From: a virus
Virus record (IMG/VR): IMGVR_UViG_3300031759_000010
Reading direction: 5' to 3' (one strand)
Length of the DNA stretch: 64,000 nt
A model generated the notes under the pieces. It had not been told where the DNA came from and did no database searches. It saw only the letters and a list, made by a program, of their open reading frames with translations. Made by a program: the position numbers and the translations under genes. Of this stretch, positions 15,372 to 23,400 are shown one piece after another. How positions within the stretch are numbered: the first letter of the stretch is position 1; the number at the start of each line of letters is the position of its first letter.

Positions 15372-16390
15372 TTTTTGTGTTCCACGATCCACTTCTTCAG
15401 CAACTCGTACTGTCCAAGTGTAACGCAATACCACACGCCGATTCCGGGCTCATGCTTGTATCCGATGGAGGCCATATAAGCGCTCAAGGCATCCTTGTCA
15501 ACGCCGCCCGGCTTGCCGACCAGGGCCATCTGGCTCAACTCGCGCGCCTGGTCCGTCGTGATGCGCTTGTCGAGATCCGGGCTATGAATCTCCCCATCCG
15601 TCGATGCCGTAGAACTGGTCTCTCCCGCGCTCGTACTCTTCGTCGTATTCGCGGGAGCGGTAGGGTTTGGCGGAGGCGCTTCAACATGCTTTCCGTTCTC
15701 CAGCCACGCGCGAAGGGTTTTGGCGACCTTCGGGTCGGACAGGTTGAGAACCTCTCCATCGAAGAGGCCGGTGCGGTTTTTGGATACCACGGCGCGATGG
15801 TCCATCTGCACATCCCACACCAAGGAGAACTCGTAATCCATGCCGTCGCGCTGAATCGGGGCCAGACCGATCTTCACCGGCTTGGAGCGGCCCTTTTCGT
15901 CCTGTTGAAGAGCGTACTCCTGCTTGGAGCGCATGGTCGCAATGAGATGAATGGGGGATTGCTGGAGCTTCTGCTTGAAGCTCTCATGCTCGGGCGTGAA
16001 GGAGGCCCAGTTGGTATAACTGTTGCTCCCCGGACGCTTGTCAAGCTCCTCCTTGCGCCGGAGAATTCCGCCCACTCCGTCCCATTGAGGGGTGATTGAG
16101 TCGATGATCACAACATCATATCCAGCCTCGATAACGGCATCGATTGCCTGGTTGTATCTCGCCGTCGTAAACGGCTCATGAAGGGGGATGGTGTCAAAAT
16201 CCCAACGGTCAGCATAGAGAGATGCCGACTCGTTCTCCGTGTCGATGACGCAGATCCTGGCATCCGGCCACATGTTTCTGGCAAGCACCAAGGCTCCCCA
16301 CGTCTTTCCGCTGCCGCTTGGGCCCTGAACGCCAATCTTCAGCTTGACCGAACGCTTCTCCGCTTTGCGTGGAACAAATTCACCTGCCAT
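15368..16390 (-). CDS. Sak4-like RecA-fold ATPase (AAA_24-type)
   Basis: Walker A GPSGSGKT and Walker B YDVVIIDSI. ATG 16390 is preceded by GGAGA. Confidence 0.8.
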   Translation of the reverse strand: MAGEFVPRKAEKRSVKLKIGVQGPSGSGKTWGALVLARNMWPDARICVIDTENESASLYADRWDFDTIPLHEPFTTARYNQAIDAVIEAGYDVVIIDSITPQWDGVGGILRRKEELDKRPGSNSYTNWASFTPEHESFKQKLQQSPIHLIATMRSKQEYALQQDEKGRSKPVKIGLAPIQRDGMDYEFSLVWDVQMDHRAVVSKNRTGLFDGEVLNLSDPKVAKTLRAWLENGKHVEAPPPNPTAPANTTKSTSAGETSSTASTDGEIHSPDLDKRITTDQARELSQMALVGKPGGVDKDALSAYMASIGYKHEPGIGVWYCVTLGQYELLKKWIVEHKK

Positions 16391-16475
16391 ATTTTCTCCA
16401 AGCACATCAATGAGGTTTTTGGGTCAATAAAGCGGGGTGCCAGCTACCGCGCTGACACCCCTATCGTAGTTGTGG

Positions 16476-16781
16476 TTAGCTAGTGGTCAACTGTGCTTCG
16501 AGCTTCTTCAGCTCAGCCTCAAGCTCGGCCTTCTTCTGGGCCGGTGTCTTCAGGCTGTCGATACGGGCCGTCAGCTCACGCTTGCGGGCCTCCAGCTTGT
16601 CTGCGACACGAGAACGAATCTCGCGCTTCAAACTTGCAAGCTGAATTCCAACAAACTCCGGCTCGTCCAGTTGAAGAGCGTCATACTCGGCGCGAATCGC
16701 CTTTCCGAAGGCACACAGAGAGACAAGCTCGTCAACGTCCATGCGGTCTGCGGAAAAGTTCTTGAAAGTGCTGATGTTCAC
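16476..16781 (-). CDS. Coiled-coil protein
   Basis: 101-aa ORF, GTGA-coupled to the upstream gene. Heptad-like charged sequence. Confidence 0.55.
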   Translation of the reverse strand: MNISTFKNFSADRMDVDELVSLCAFGKAIRAEYDALQLDEPEFVGIQLASLKREIRSRVADKLEARKRELTARIDSLKTPAQKKAELEAELKKLEAQLTTS

Positions 16782-18241
16782 GCGTATACCTTATCCTTTC
16801 TCGTGTCTTTCAGCACGTCGTTGAGCGAGAGCAGAGGGGTGGCCATAATTTCATCGGCCAAACCATACACCCGGGTTCTCATTGTTGCCGCGAGGTTGGG
16901 AATCGAAAAATAATCCACTCCCCCGCGAATATCGAACGTCTGCATTTCGATACCGGCCCTGTTCATCGATCCCGACAGGTTCATCGAGCCGCCGCTGCAC
17001 TGATAGAAGTACACCGGAATTTCCTTGCCGACAAACTCCGCGTAGCGCTTGTACACATCCGCGAAATAGGGCGCGGTGTTTTCGTCGCCATCGGAGACAA
17101 TCGCGATCCCATCGATTTCGACCTTCTCCGACAACATCCGGTTCAGTCCGCACCCAATGGAGGTTCCACCGACAGCCCTGATGTGCCGAGTTGCCTTCTG
17201 AATTTCATCCAGGGGCATCCCGGTGACATCCACGGTTACCGGAGCGGTATCGAAGAACACCAGGTAGACCTTCCCCTGACAGATCTTGCTCAGGGTTGCA
17301 GCTACATGCTTCGCCGCCTCAATGGCGCTTCCCATGCTGCCGCTCTTGTCAGCCAAAACCAGCCAGTTCCCCTCGGGTCCGCCAAGCGCAGCAATCTGCT
17401 TGTCCTGCAAGCCGCGCAGCTTCTCCTTCAAGCCGCTATCGGAGACCGCTTCGGCCGCCCGGGTGGTCTTCAGGGTGTTCTTTTTGCTTGTCGCCGCCCT
17501 CTGGAGAGCCTCATCGAAGGCTCCACGGAGAGACGGGTTGCTCTTCAGGCCGAGCTTCTCCAACATCTTGACGTTGGTGGTAAGCTCGGTCGGCGTCATG
17601 CGCTCAATCAGGGCCCTGACAAGATCCGGCTGTTTTGCTTTCTCTCCCAACGCGCCCATGGCGATCAGGAAAGGGATCTTGAAGTGCATGATTGCCCCTG
17701 CGGCCTCGGTCGGCGACATCTCCGCCAGATGAGCAACGGCCTCAAACACGGAACCGCGAGGACGCTCTCCCTTGAAGAGAATCTTGTCCGCGTAAGCAGA
17801 CGGCGCTACATGCCCAAGAGCATACAGCTCCTTCAATGTGCCGCGATGCTGTACGGCCAGGTGGTCCCAGCCCTTCTGAGACTCCTTCTCGCGCAAATAT
17901 GCCTCTACCAGGCGGCGCAACTCCCGCATCTTGCCCTTGGGGCGTACCTCCAGGGCAAAACGATACGCTCTCGCCAGTTCACGCGGCCCCAGAAGGGCAA
18001 TATGCGCGAAGCTGTTGTCAAGCAGTTCGGGGTCGTTCTCATAGGCCAACCCGACGACCGGAAGAGCCACCTTCGAATCGCGAATCTGCCCTTTGAGGCG
18101 ATCCCATGCGATCAGGTGCTGGAAAAACTCGCCTTCCTGCTGGACTGCAACCTTACCGATAGGCAAATAGTCCTTCAGGGAGCCATGCGGTGACCGAGAC
18201 AACTCGGACACGATTCTGTTTCTCGTGATTCCAGTTTCCAT
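16778..18241 (-). CDS. vWA-domain protein with TROVE/Ro60-like N-terminal region
   Basis: C-terminal vWA domain with MIDAS LADKSGSM...GGTS...SDGDEN. N-terminal helical region resembles Rsr/Ro60 by eye, for example QHRGTLKELYALGHVAPS versus the Ro ..RDLLRLSHPKP segment. Strong RBS GAGGAGGA. Confidence 0.6.
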   Translation of the reverse strand: METGITRNRIVSELSRSPHGSLKDYLPIGKVAVQQEGEFFQHLIAWDRLKGQIRDSKVALPVVGLAYENDPELLDNSFAHIALLGPRELARAYRFALEVRPKGKMRELRRLVEAYLREKESQKGWDHLAVQHRGTLKELYALGHVAPSAYADKILFKGERPRGSVFEAVAHLAEMSPTEAAGAIMHFKIPFLIAMGALGEKAKQPDLVRALIERMTPTELTTNVKMLEKLGLKSNPSLRGAFDEALQRAATSKKNTLKTTRAAEAVSDSGLKEKLRGLQDKQIAALGGPEGNWLVLADKSGSMGSAIEAAKHVAATLSKICQGKVYLVFFDTAPVTVDVTGMPLDEIQKATRHIRAVGGTSIGCGLNRMLSEKVEIDGIAIVSDGDENTAPYFADVYKRYAEFVGKEIPVYFYQCSGGSMNLSGSMNRAGIEMQTFDIRGGVDYFSIPNLAATMRTRVYGLADEIMATPLLSLNDVLKDTRKDKVYA

Positions 18242-18267
18242 GTATTCATCCTCCTCTCGATGAAAAG

Positions 18268-18810
18268 TTACGGAAGTGTGCGGTTCCTCAGATAATCAAC
18301 GTAGAAGTCATAGTCGTAACCCTCGGAAGCGCAAAATTCTTTCGGATCTCGTCCCCCCTTCAATTTATTCTCCCTGCGGCAACAACTCAGGTAGTTGGCG
18401 GTGCTGTTTTCTCCACCCATCTCCAGCGGAATAAAATGATCCACCGTCATCTGCACATCGCCCATCTTCCGGCCGCAATACCCACACTTGAAGCCGTCGG
18501 CAACCCACACCTTCTGCTGCACCGCGCCGCTGATTTCGTAGCGCAATTTGCGGTGAAAGGCCTTGGCTGGCATCACCAGAACTTCAGGGTTGTCGCTGCG
18601 CTGAAGGAAGTCAGTCCACTCTTCCATATCCAAATGGCACACGGCTGCACCCCTATTGAGATCCATACTGGTGCCGGGGAGCATGAGGACAGCCTGAGCG
18701 CCTTCGCCGCCAACCACAACACCCTCGATCTTCAAGAGATTGCCGATGTCGCCCTTCAAGGCGGAACGGTGCGCCAAGTCTAACTGGTAGAATCTGTCAA
18801 AACTGGACAT
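18268..18810 (-). CDS. HNH-domain protein with unknown ~90-aa N-terminal domain
   Basis: CGYCG...VDHFIPLEMGGENSTANYLSCCRRENKLKG. ATG 18810 is preceded by AAGGAGGGG. Confidence 0.8.
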   Translation of the reverse strand: MSSFDRFYQLDLAHRSALKGDIGNLLKIEGVVVGGEGAQAVLMLPGTSMDLNRGAAVCHLDMEEWTDFLQRSDNPEVLVMPAKAFHRKLRYEISGAVQQKVWVADGFKCGYCGRKMGDVQMTVDHFIPLEMGGENSTANYLSCCRRENKLKGGRDPKEFCASEGYDYDFYVDYLRNRTLP

Positions 18811-18825
18811 TTCCCCTCCTTTGAA

Positions 18826-18858
18826 GGACAAAACAAGCCCCCACTCGCCGAAGTGGGG
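18826..18858 (-). terminator. Rho-independent terminator closing the ncRNA locus
   Basis: Minus strand: CCCCACT-TCGGCG-AGTGGGG followed by GCTTGTTTTG. Confidence 0.7.
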
Positions 18859-18863
18859 AAGGG

Positions 18864-18977
18864 TGGCGGGGCTTCCCGTTATGAGCGGGAAACGCTCTTT
18901 CGAGCGGTCAAACCATGTAGCTCCTGACAGTGGTAGACGAATCTACAAGTCGTCTGAAGTTCCTGTTTAGAAGCCCC
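18864..18977 (-). ncRNA. Structured RNA candidate closed by an 8-bp terminal helix followed by GCCA
   Basis: GGGGCTTC (18977-18970) pairs with GAAGCCCC (18875-18868), followed by G-CCA. Internal hairpins are AGACGA/TCGTCT, CGCTC-GAAA-GAGCG and TTCCCG-CTCATAA-CGGGAA. It does not fold as a canonical cloverleaf. Confidence 0.35.
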
Positions 18978-18989
18978 GATAAAATTTCT

Positions 18990-19116
18990 GGCGTTAAGTT
19001 GTTTCTGGTTGTTTTCGCGCTTGACCTTCAAGCTAACCCCCCTCATGGTGGAGGGCGAAGGAATCGAACCTTCAACTCGGTCTCCCAAGGACATGTAACC
19101 AAATACAGTGAACGCC
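18990..19116 (-). ncRNA. Circularly permuted tRNA-like RNA (YrlA / bacterial Y-RNA-type candidate)
   Basis: Order on the minus strand: closing helices GGCGTT/AACGCC and TTTGGTT/AACCAGA; T-arm GAAGG-TTCGATT-CCTTC; acceptor-like hairpin GCCCTCC-ACCATGA-GGGGGGT; TA; D-arm GCTT-GAAGGTC-AAGC. Confidence 0.5.
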
Positions 19117-19125
19117 AAACCTACA

Positions 19126-19187
19126 GCGGAAGTCGAACCGGCTTTATTAGATTCATCAATGAGTCATGTAAGCCGATTCAGTACCGC
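19126..19187 (-). other. Extended imperfect RNA hairpin between the tRNA and the permuted tRNA-like element
   Basis: GAATCGGC (19179-19172) pairs with GCCGGTTC (19142-19135), with outer GCGG/CCGC pairs. It contains a T-loop-like GGTTCGACT but no acceptor stem. Confidence 0.25.
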
Positions 19188-19230
19188 CAAAACAAAAAAT
19201 ACTCCGTCAAATCTGTCAGCTATTACCGCT

Positions 19231-19306
19231 TGGTAAATGAAATGGGATTTGAACCCACTACCCTTCGCTTATTATGCAAATGCTCTACCGAGTGAGCTAT
19301 TCATTC
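19231..19306 (-). tRNA. tRNA, 76 nt, encoded CCA, anticodon AAU (Ile by canonical numbering)
   Basis: Hand-folded cloverleaf: acceptor GAATGAA/TTCATTT, D-arm GCTC-ACTCGGTA-GAGC, anticodon arm TTTGC-ATAATAA-GCGAA, T-arm GTGGG-TTCAAAT-CCCAT, then A-CCA. Confidence 0.85.
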
Positions 19307-19510
19307 GTGTAAGCTGCCAAGCAGACGGAATCTCTCAAAACCAAAACTCAAAACCTTCCTCATCTTGCCACTATCCCCAAACCAAGTCAAGAAAACTTTG
19401 GTAACCTGCGGGGCAACCAGTTCCTGGAAGAACCTTGAGGCCACCCCGCAAAACACACCGTCAGGAGATGATTTCAATGTACCACAATTCTGCGGCTACA
19501 ATGGAAAAAT

Positions 19511-20218
19511 ATGAAGGATTTTTCTTTCGTCGGCGCGAAGGAGGCCCTGTGGAGTGGAGATGGCATCCCCATTGTCATCATGGCTGAGGAACTGGGCACC
19601 ACCGAGGAAACGGTCGAGAAGCTCATCCAGTATGGCTACCTGCACATTGTCCGAGACCACAAACTGCGGCAGTTGAGGCTTGTGGGGCGTCCCAAGATGG
19701 CCGGAATGACCTGGCTCAGGCAGGCCATGGGCCCCTTGCCGATGGTCCCCATCGTTCCCCTCAAGTACGCGGCAGAGATGCTCGACATGAAGGAGAGGCC
19801 CCTCAGAAAGATGATCTTGGAGCACAACATCGTGCTTTATATCGACCCTCTTCTGGGAGAAATGATGACCATAGCCTCATTTCACAGGCTTTTCAATGTC
19901 ATCTATCCGTGGCATGAGAGGACAAGATTCGACCGTCAAATGTTCCTGAACATCCTCTGCGGAATCGATAGCGGCAGCGCGGAGAAGTTTGTCCGGCCGC
20001 TACCCTATGACCAGAAACTTGAGCAGGAACTGCGCCGGATCTCGCTCCTTCCCCAGCCGGAGAGAACGCTTCGCGCGATGGAGGTCTACGAGGCGTTCAG
20101 GGACGCGAAAAAGATCAGCGATGTCGTCAAGGTTGCCAAGAAGACACCGCTCCAGTCAAGGGTGGAAAGAATGATGAAGGGTCTCAAGCAGAAAATCGAG
20201 AAGGACAATCAGGATTGA
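19511..20218 (+). CDS. Putative DNA-binding protein (two HTH-like segments)
   Basis: 235-aa ORF, the only plus-strand gene in this region. IMAEELGTTEETVEKLIQYGYL and LKYAAEMLDMKERPLRKMILEH resemble MerR/excisionase-type HTHs. Confidence 0.55.
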   Translation: MKDFSFVGAKEALWSGDGIPIVIMAEELGTTEETVEKLIQYGYLHIVRDHKLRQLRLVGRPKMAGMTWLRQAMGPLPMVPIVPLKYAAEMLDMKERPLRKMILEHNIVLYIDPLLGEMMTIASFHRLFNVIYPWHERTRFDRQMFLNILCGIDSGSAEKFVRPLPYDQKLEQELRRISLLPQPERTLRAMEVYEAFRDAKKISDVVKVAKKTPLQSRVERMMKGLKQKIEKDNQD

Positions 20219-20439
20219 TCCTCATCCTCGGGGTCTTCCTTTTTCTTCCCCTTGTGGGGCTCAGGCTCGTCGTCCTCATCCTCTTCATCGAGAATATCGG
20301 CCAGTTCCAAGGCTGGGCGGCGCACATCGAACGGATCAACTCTTCCCTTGACGTAGACGCGGCATTTCTTCGCCCCGGTCTCCTGGATGGCAATGATGCA
20401 GCACTCGCTGATAAACAGACCCTCTTCAACCTCGATCAT
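20209..20439 (-). CDS. Small protein with highly acidic C-terminus
   Basis: 76-aa ORF, ATGA-type coupled to the 1505-aa gene stop. Tail DILDEEDEDDEPEP...EDPEDEDQS. Confidence 0.5.
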   Translation of the reverse strand: MIEVEEGLFISECCIIAIQETGAKKCRVYVKGRVDPFDVRRPALELADILDEEDEDDEPEPHKGKKKEDPEDEDQS

Positions 20440-23400
20440 TGGAAGCTCCTTAGTTTTTCTCTCAACTCGTCCAGTTTAGCCTTGTCGGCATCGGTCAGAA
20501 GGGTTGAGTCAAGAAGTTCAAATGACTCATTTGAGTTAACGAATCCCTTAACCGAACCCCCTACTTTGAGGGCGGCGGTGCCGTCTCCCGGCCCTGAAGA
20601 ACCTTTTTTATTCCACTGGGCCCCTGCCGAACGAACGCGTCCCACAACTCCCGGATCTGTTTTTCTGAGGGAAGCCCAGTCTGGTTTTGGTTTTCTTGCT
20701 TCATCGATGAAACCCTCCTTCAACCGCCTTACTGCGTTGGTGGTGTGAGTCAGTTTCTGGAAACCCTGCACCCCGTACTCACGATACACCTGCTGGAAGA
20801 ACTTGAGAAGATAGGCTGTCGCCTCGTCAACCGTCAGACCGAATTCGCTCGGCTTGTCTGACATCAGCTTCGCGGTTGCCTCAAAAACACGCTGCTCAAC
20901 GCCGTTTTCAGACATGTCGCTCTTGTCCGGGTATCCGTTAGTCTCCAAATACAGCTCCAAGGGCTTGGGAATGGATTTGTCCATTTCCTTCATGCCGTAA
21001 ACCGACAACAGCCCCAGGTTCATCCTGATTTTCACAAGGCTTTCCTGCCACTTGTGATTCAGCTCTTCACGAAGAACGGCCAGTACGCTGTGAATCTTCT
21101 CTCCGCGAGGAAGAAAGGAAACAATAGCCCCTCCATCATAATTCTGCCCAATCCTCAAGAGCTTATTCAGCTCCTCTGGAGGGTTCATGATCTTCGCTTG
21201 GTTGAAGTAGTGCTTGTATGCGTCGGGACTAATCGAGCATCCGCGCGATTCGTAGTCCAGGTTCTCCTTGCCGTCAAATGTGGTATTCAGCGCCCTCAAT
21301 CCCTTGCGGCTCAGGAACACAATCTTCGTTCCGTCGGAGGATTTACGCACCTCACCCAACCCACGACCATCAAGGTCGAGGTATTTTTTAACTGCCATAT
21401 CGCGCTTCAACACAAGCGGAAGATTCGCCCGCATCCAGTCCTGATGACGCTTCAGCCACTTGTCGGTTCCGAATTGCGCGTCCGGGGTCTCTGGAGGAGC
21501 CATCTTCTTCAATTGCTCGGATATCTCCTCCAACTCCTTCTTGGCGGCAGCAACTTCCTTTGGACCGGCGGTATTCGGGTCCACATAGATCTTGTTGAAG
21601 AACGGCTGGTCGAGGTCGGCGGAGCGGTAGATGAGGTTTTGGTGGAATCCGGGAACAGGGACTTCTCCGCCAGGATGTACGCCTCCGTCACCACCCTGTT
21701 GTCCTCTGGCGTGAGCCATTTCGGAACGCAGTTCTTCGCCCCCAAAAATATCGGGTGAAGATTCGCTTCTCCCACGGCTTTCCCGATAGATTTGAAGCGG
21801 TCCACTAAGGTCTTCGCGTATTCTTGTGCTGTCATTGGGGTCTGCATAAATCTTCCTCAGCTCGTTGAGAGCCTTGACCTCCATCTCACCCAGGGACCGG
21901 GCTATTCTCACCTCTCCAGTGGTAAACGACTGGTTGTGCCCTTTATAGGTGTCGTGAAGAATCTCATGTTTGATGGTGTGCCACACCGAGCTTGCGGCCT
22001 GGTATGGATTTTCTCCGATTTGATTAAATGGATCAATGAAAATTGTCGCCTTTGACGTGTCGGCCGGATTGGGAATATACACGCCGTGAACCTTGTCGGA
22101 AAACACAATCCCGATACGATCTATTCCGGACCCGGTTCCATGAATCTCCGACCCCTTCAGCATGTCAATGGCCCCGCGGGCCAAACTCTGAATCTTGGAC
22201 GCGATTTTAATCACCTGGGCATTGGCGGAAATCTCTTTCATCTCCTCCAGAGTGAACCTTTGCCCCGAGTCGAACAGCGGAATATCCTTCCGCCCCTTGA
22301 AGGTGGGAAGGCTGTTGTAGATACCGGCAACGGTGTTCCGATGGCCCTGCACGACAGGATCAATCACCCTCTCCTGAATCAGCTTTTTGATATCGCTCGA
22401 AGCCTCATCGCGAAGCGACTCCCTGTTCAGCAAGAACGGATAATCCGGATTGCCCTCGGGGACGGTGGCGTGAACGTCTATAGCCACGCGCGAAGGAAGG
22501 CCCCTCACCCCCTCCGGGACGTCCATGTACATCATGAACTGGTAAATTCCGTTGTTGTGGACCTCGACGTTTAGCTTGTTCCACCTGTCAAAAGCCTTGT
22601 CACCCTTGACCTTGCTGATATACAGGTCCATATCAGCGCCCTGATAGTGCTCTGTGCTGTCCGGGGCGCTTGGAAGCTGCTTGGCCTCCTCTGGGCCTAC
22701 CTCGTGCCCATTACTAATCACCTTGATGGTTGCCGGAGGGCGAAGAGACAGCCTTGAAGAACCCAGGTATTCGTAAGCCCCGTACATGTACGCATTGTCG
22801 GGGAGCTTGCAAAGCACAGAGGTTCCGGTCGGCTCAGGGGTGGACAGTTTTTCGGTGTGAATATCAACACCGCCACCCAACAGGTCTTCCGGGGTAGCCT
22901 CGAAGGTATGGCGATAAAGAGATCCACCCTCATTGACAACCGTTGTCACCTTGATGCTCTTGCTCATCATGAGCGGAGCCGCCTTGGCCAGACCAAAACC
23001 TCCGGAGGCGGTAACATCATCACGTTTACCGCTGGAGCCGAGATCGGTAAACACCGTCTCCAGCTCATTCTTGGTCATCCCCTTGCCGGTGTCCTTGACC
23101 TGAATGGTGTGTTCATAGTCATCGACAGACACCGTGACGTTCTTATCTCCTGACTCTCCGCGCACCGCGTCCATGGCGTTCTGAACCAGCTCTTTCGTGA
23201 TAACCATCGAGCTGTTTGAGCCATAAAGACTGGACCCGAGAAGTTTGCCGAGAGCAGCGGGATCAGCGCCCAGCTTCAGCTTACCCTCGGAAGAACGAGC
23301 CTCCTGAACGCCAGAACCATCCTGTGGATCCGACACCTTGAACATGGGGGCGTCGGCGGTTCCGCCGATCTTGTCCACCCTGCCAAACCTCTTCTCCAGC

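Noticed and set aside
14064-15479. 471-aa plus-strand ORF, and similar long antisense ORFs (8150..9379, 5954..6883, 11791..12633, 17183..18193, 43675..44676, 54294..55001, 55218..56093, 46084..46845).
   Set aside because: These are shadow ORFs typical of GC-rich DNA. They are Arg/Gly/Pro-rich, lack RBSs, and overlap genes with clear family signatures on the other strand or in another frame.
18880-19060. Two-piece (permuted) tmRNA. The T-arm + GCCCTCC-ACCA followed by GGGGGG, with a G-U at the 3:70-equivalent position, resembles permuted ssrA genes.
   Set aside because: In all three frames downstream of the 5' acceptor strand, I found no tag-like ORF ending in hydrophobic-Ala-Ala before a stop. 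The intervening loop is only 7 nt. The Y-RNA-type topology explains it better.
18879-19118. 79-aa minus-strand ORF in the ORF track.
   Set aside because: It lies entirely within the structured RNA locus, has no RBS, and spans the T-arm and acceptor hairpin.
19040-19140. Ro-binding bulged helix (GGTTCGA at ~19135 pairing with TTGACC at ~18915, analogous to GGUCCGA/UUGACU in Y RNAs).
   Set aside because: Only about 7 bp are possible and the strands are more than 200 nt apart. The pairing competes with stronger local helices, so it is not supportable by eye.
19122-19145. Third tRNA suggested by GCCGG-TTCGACT-TCCGC (T-arm-like).
   Set aside because: No complementary acceptor strands or CCA are present, and the stem has a C-C mismatch. 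The same bases form a better 8-bp helix with 19172-19179.
19231-19306. tRNA as a prophage attachment site or genome end.
   Set aside because: No integrase or tRNA fragment duplication is visible in the window. Phage genes continue on both sides in the same orientation.
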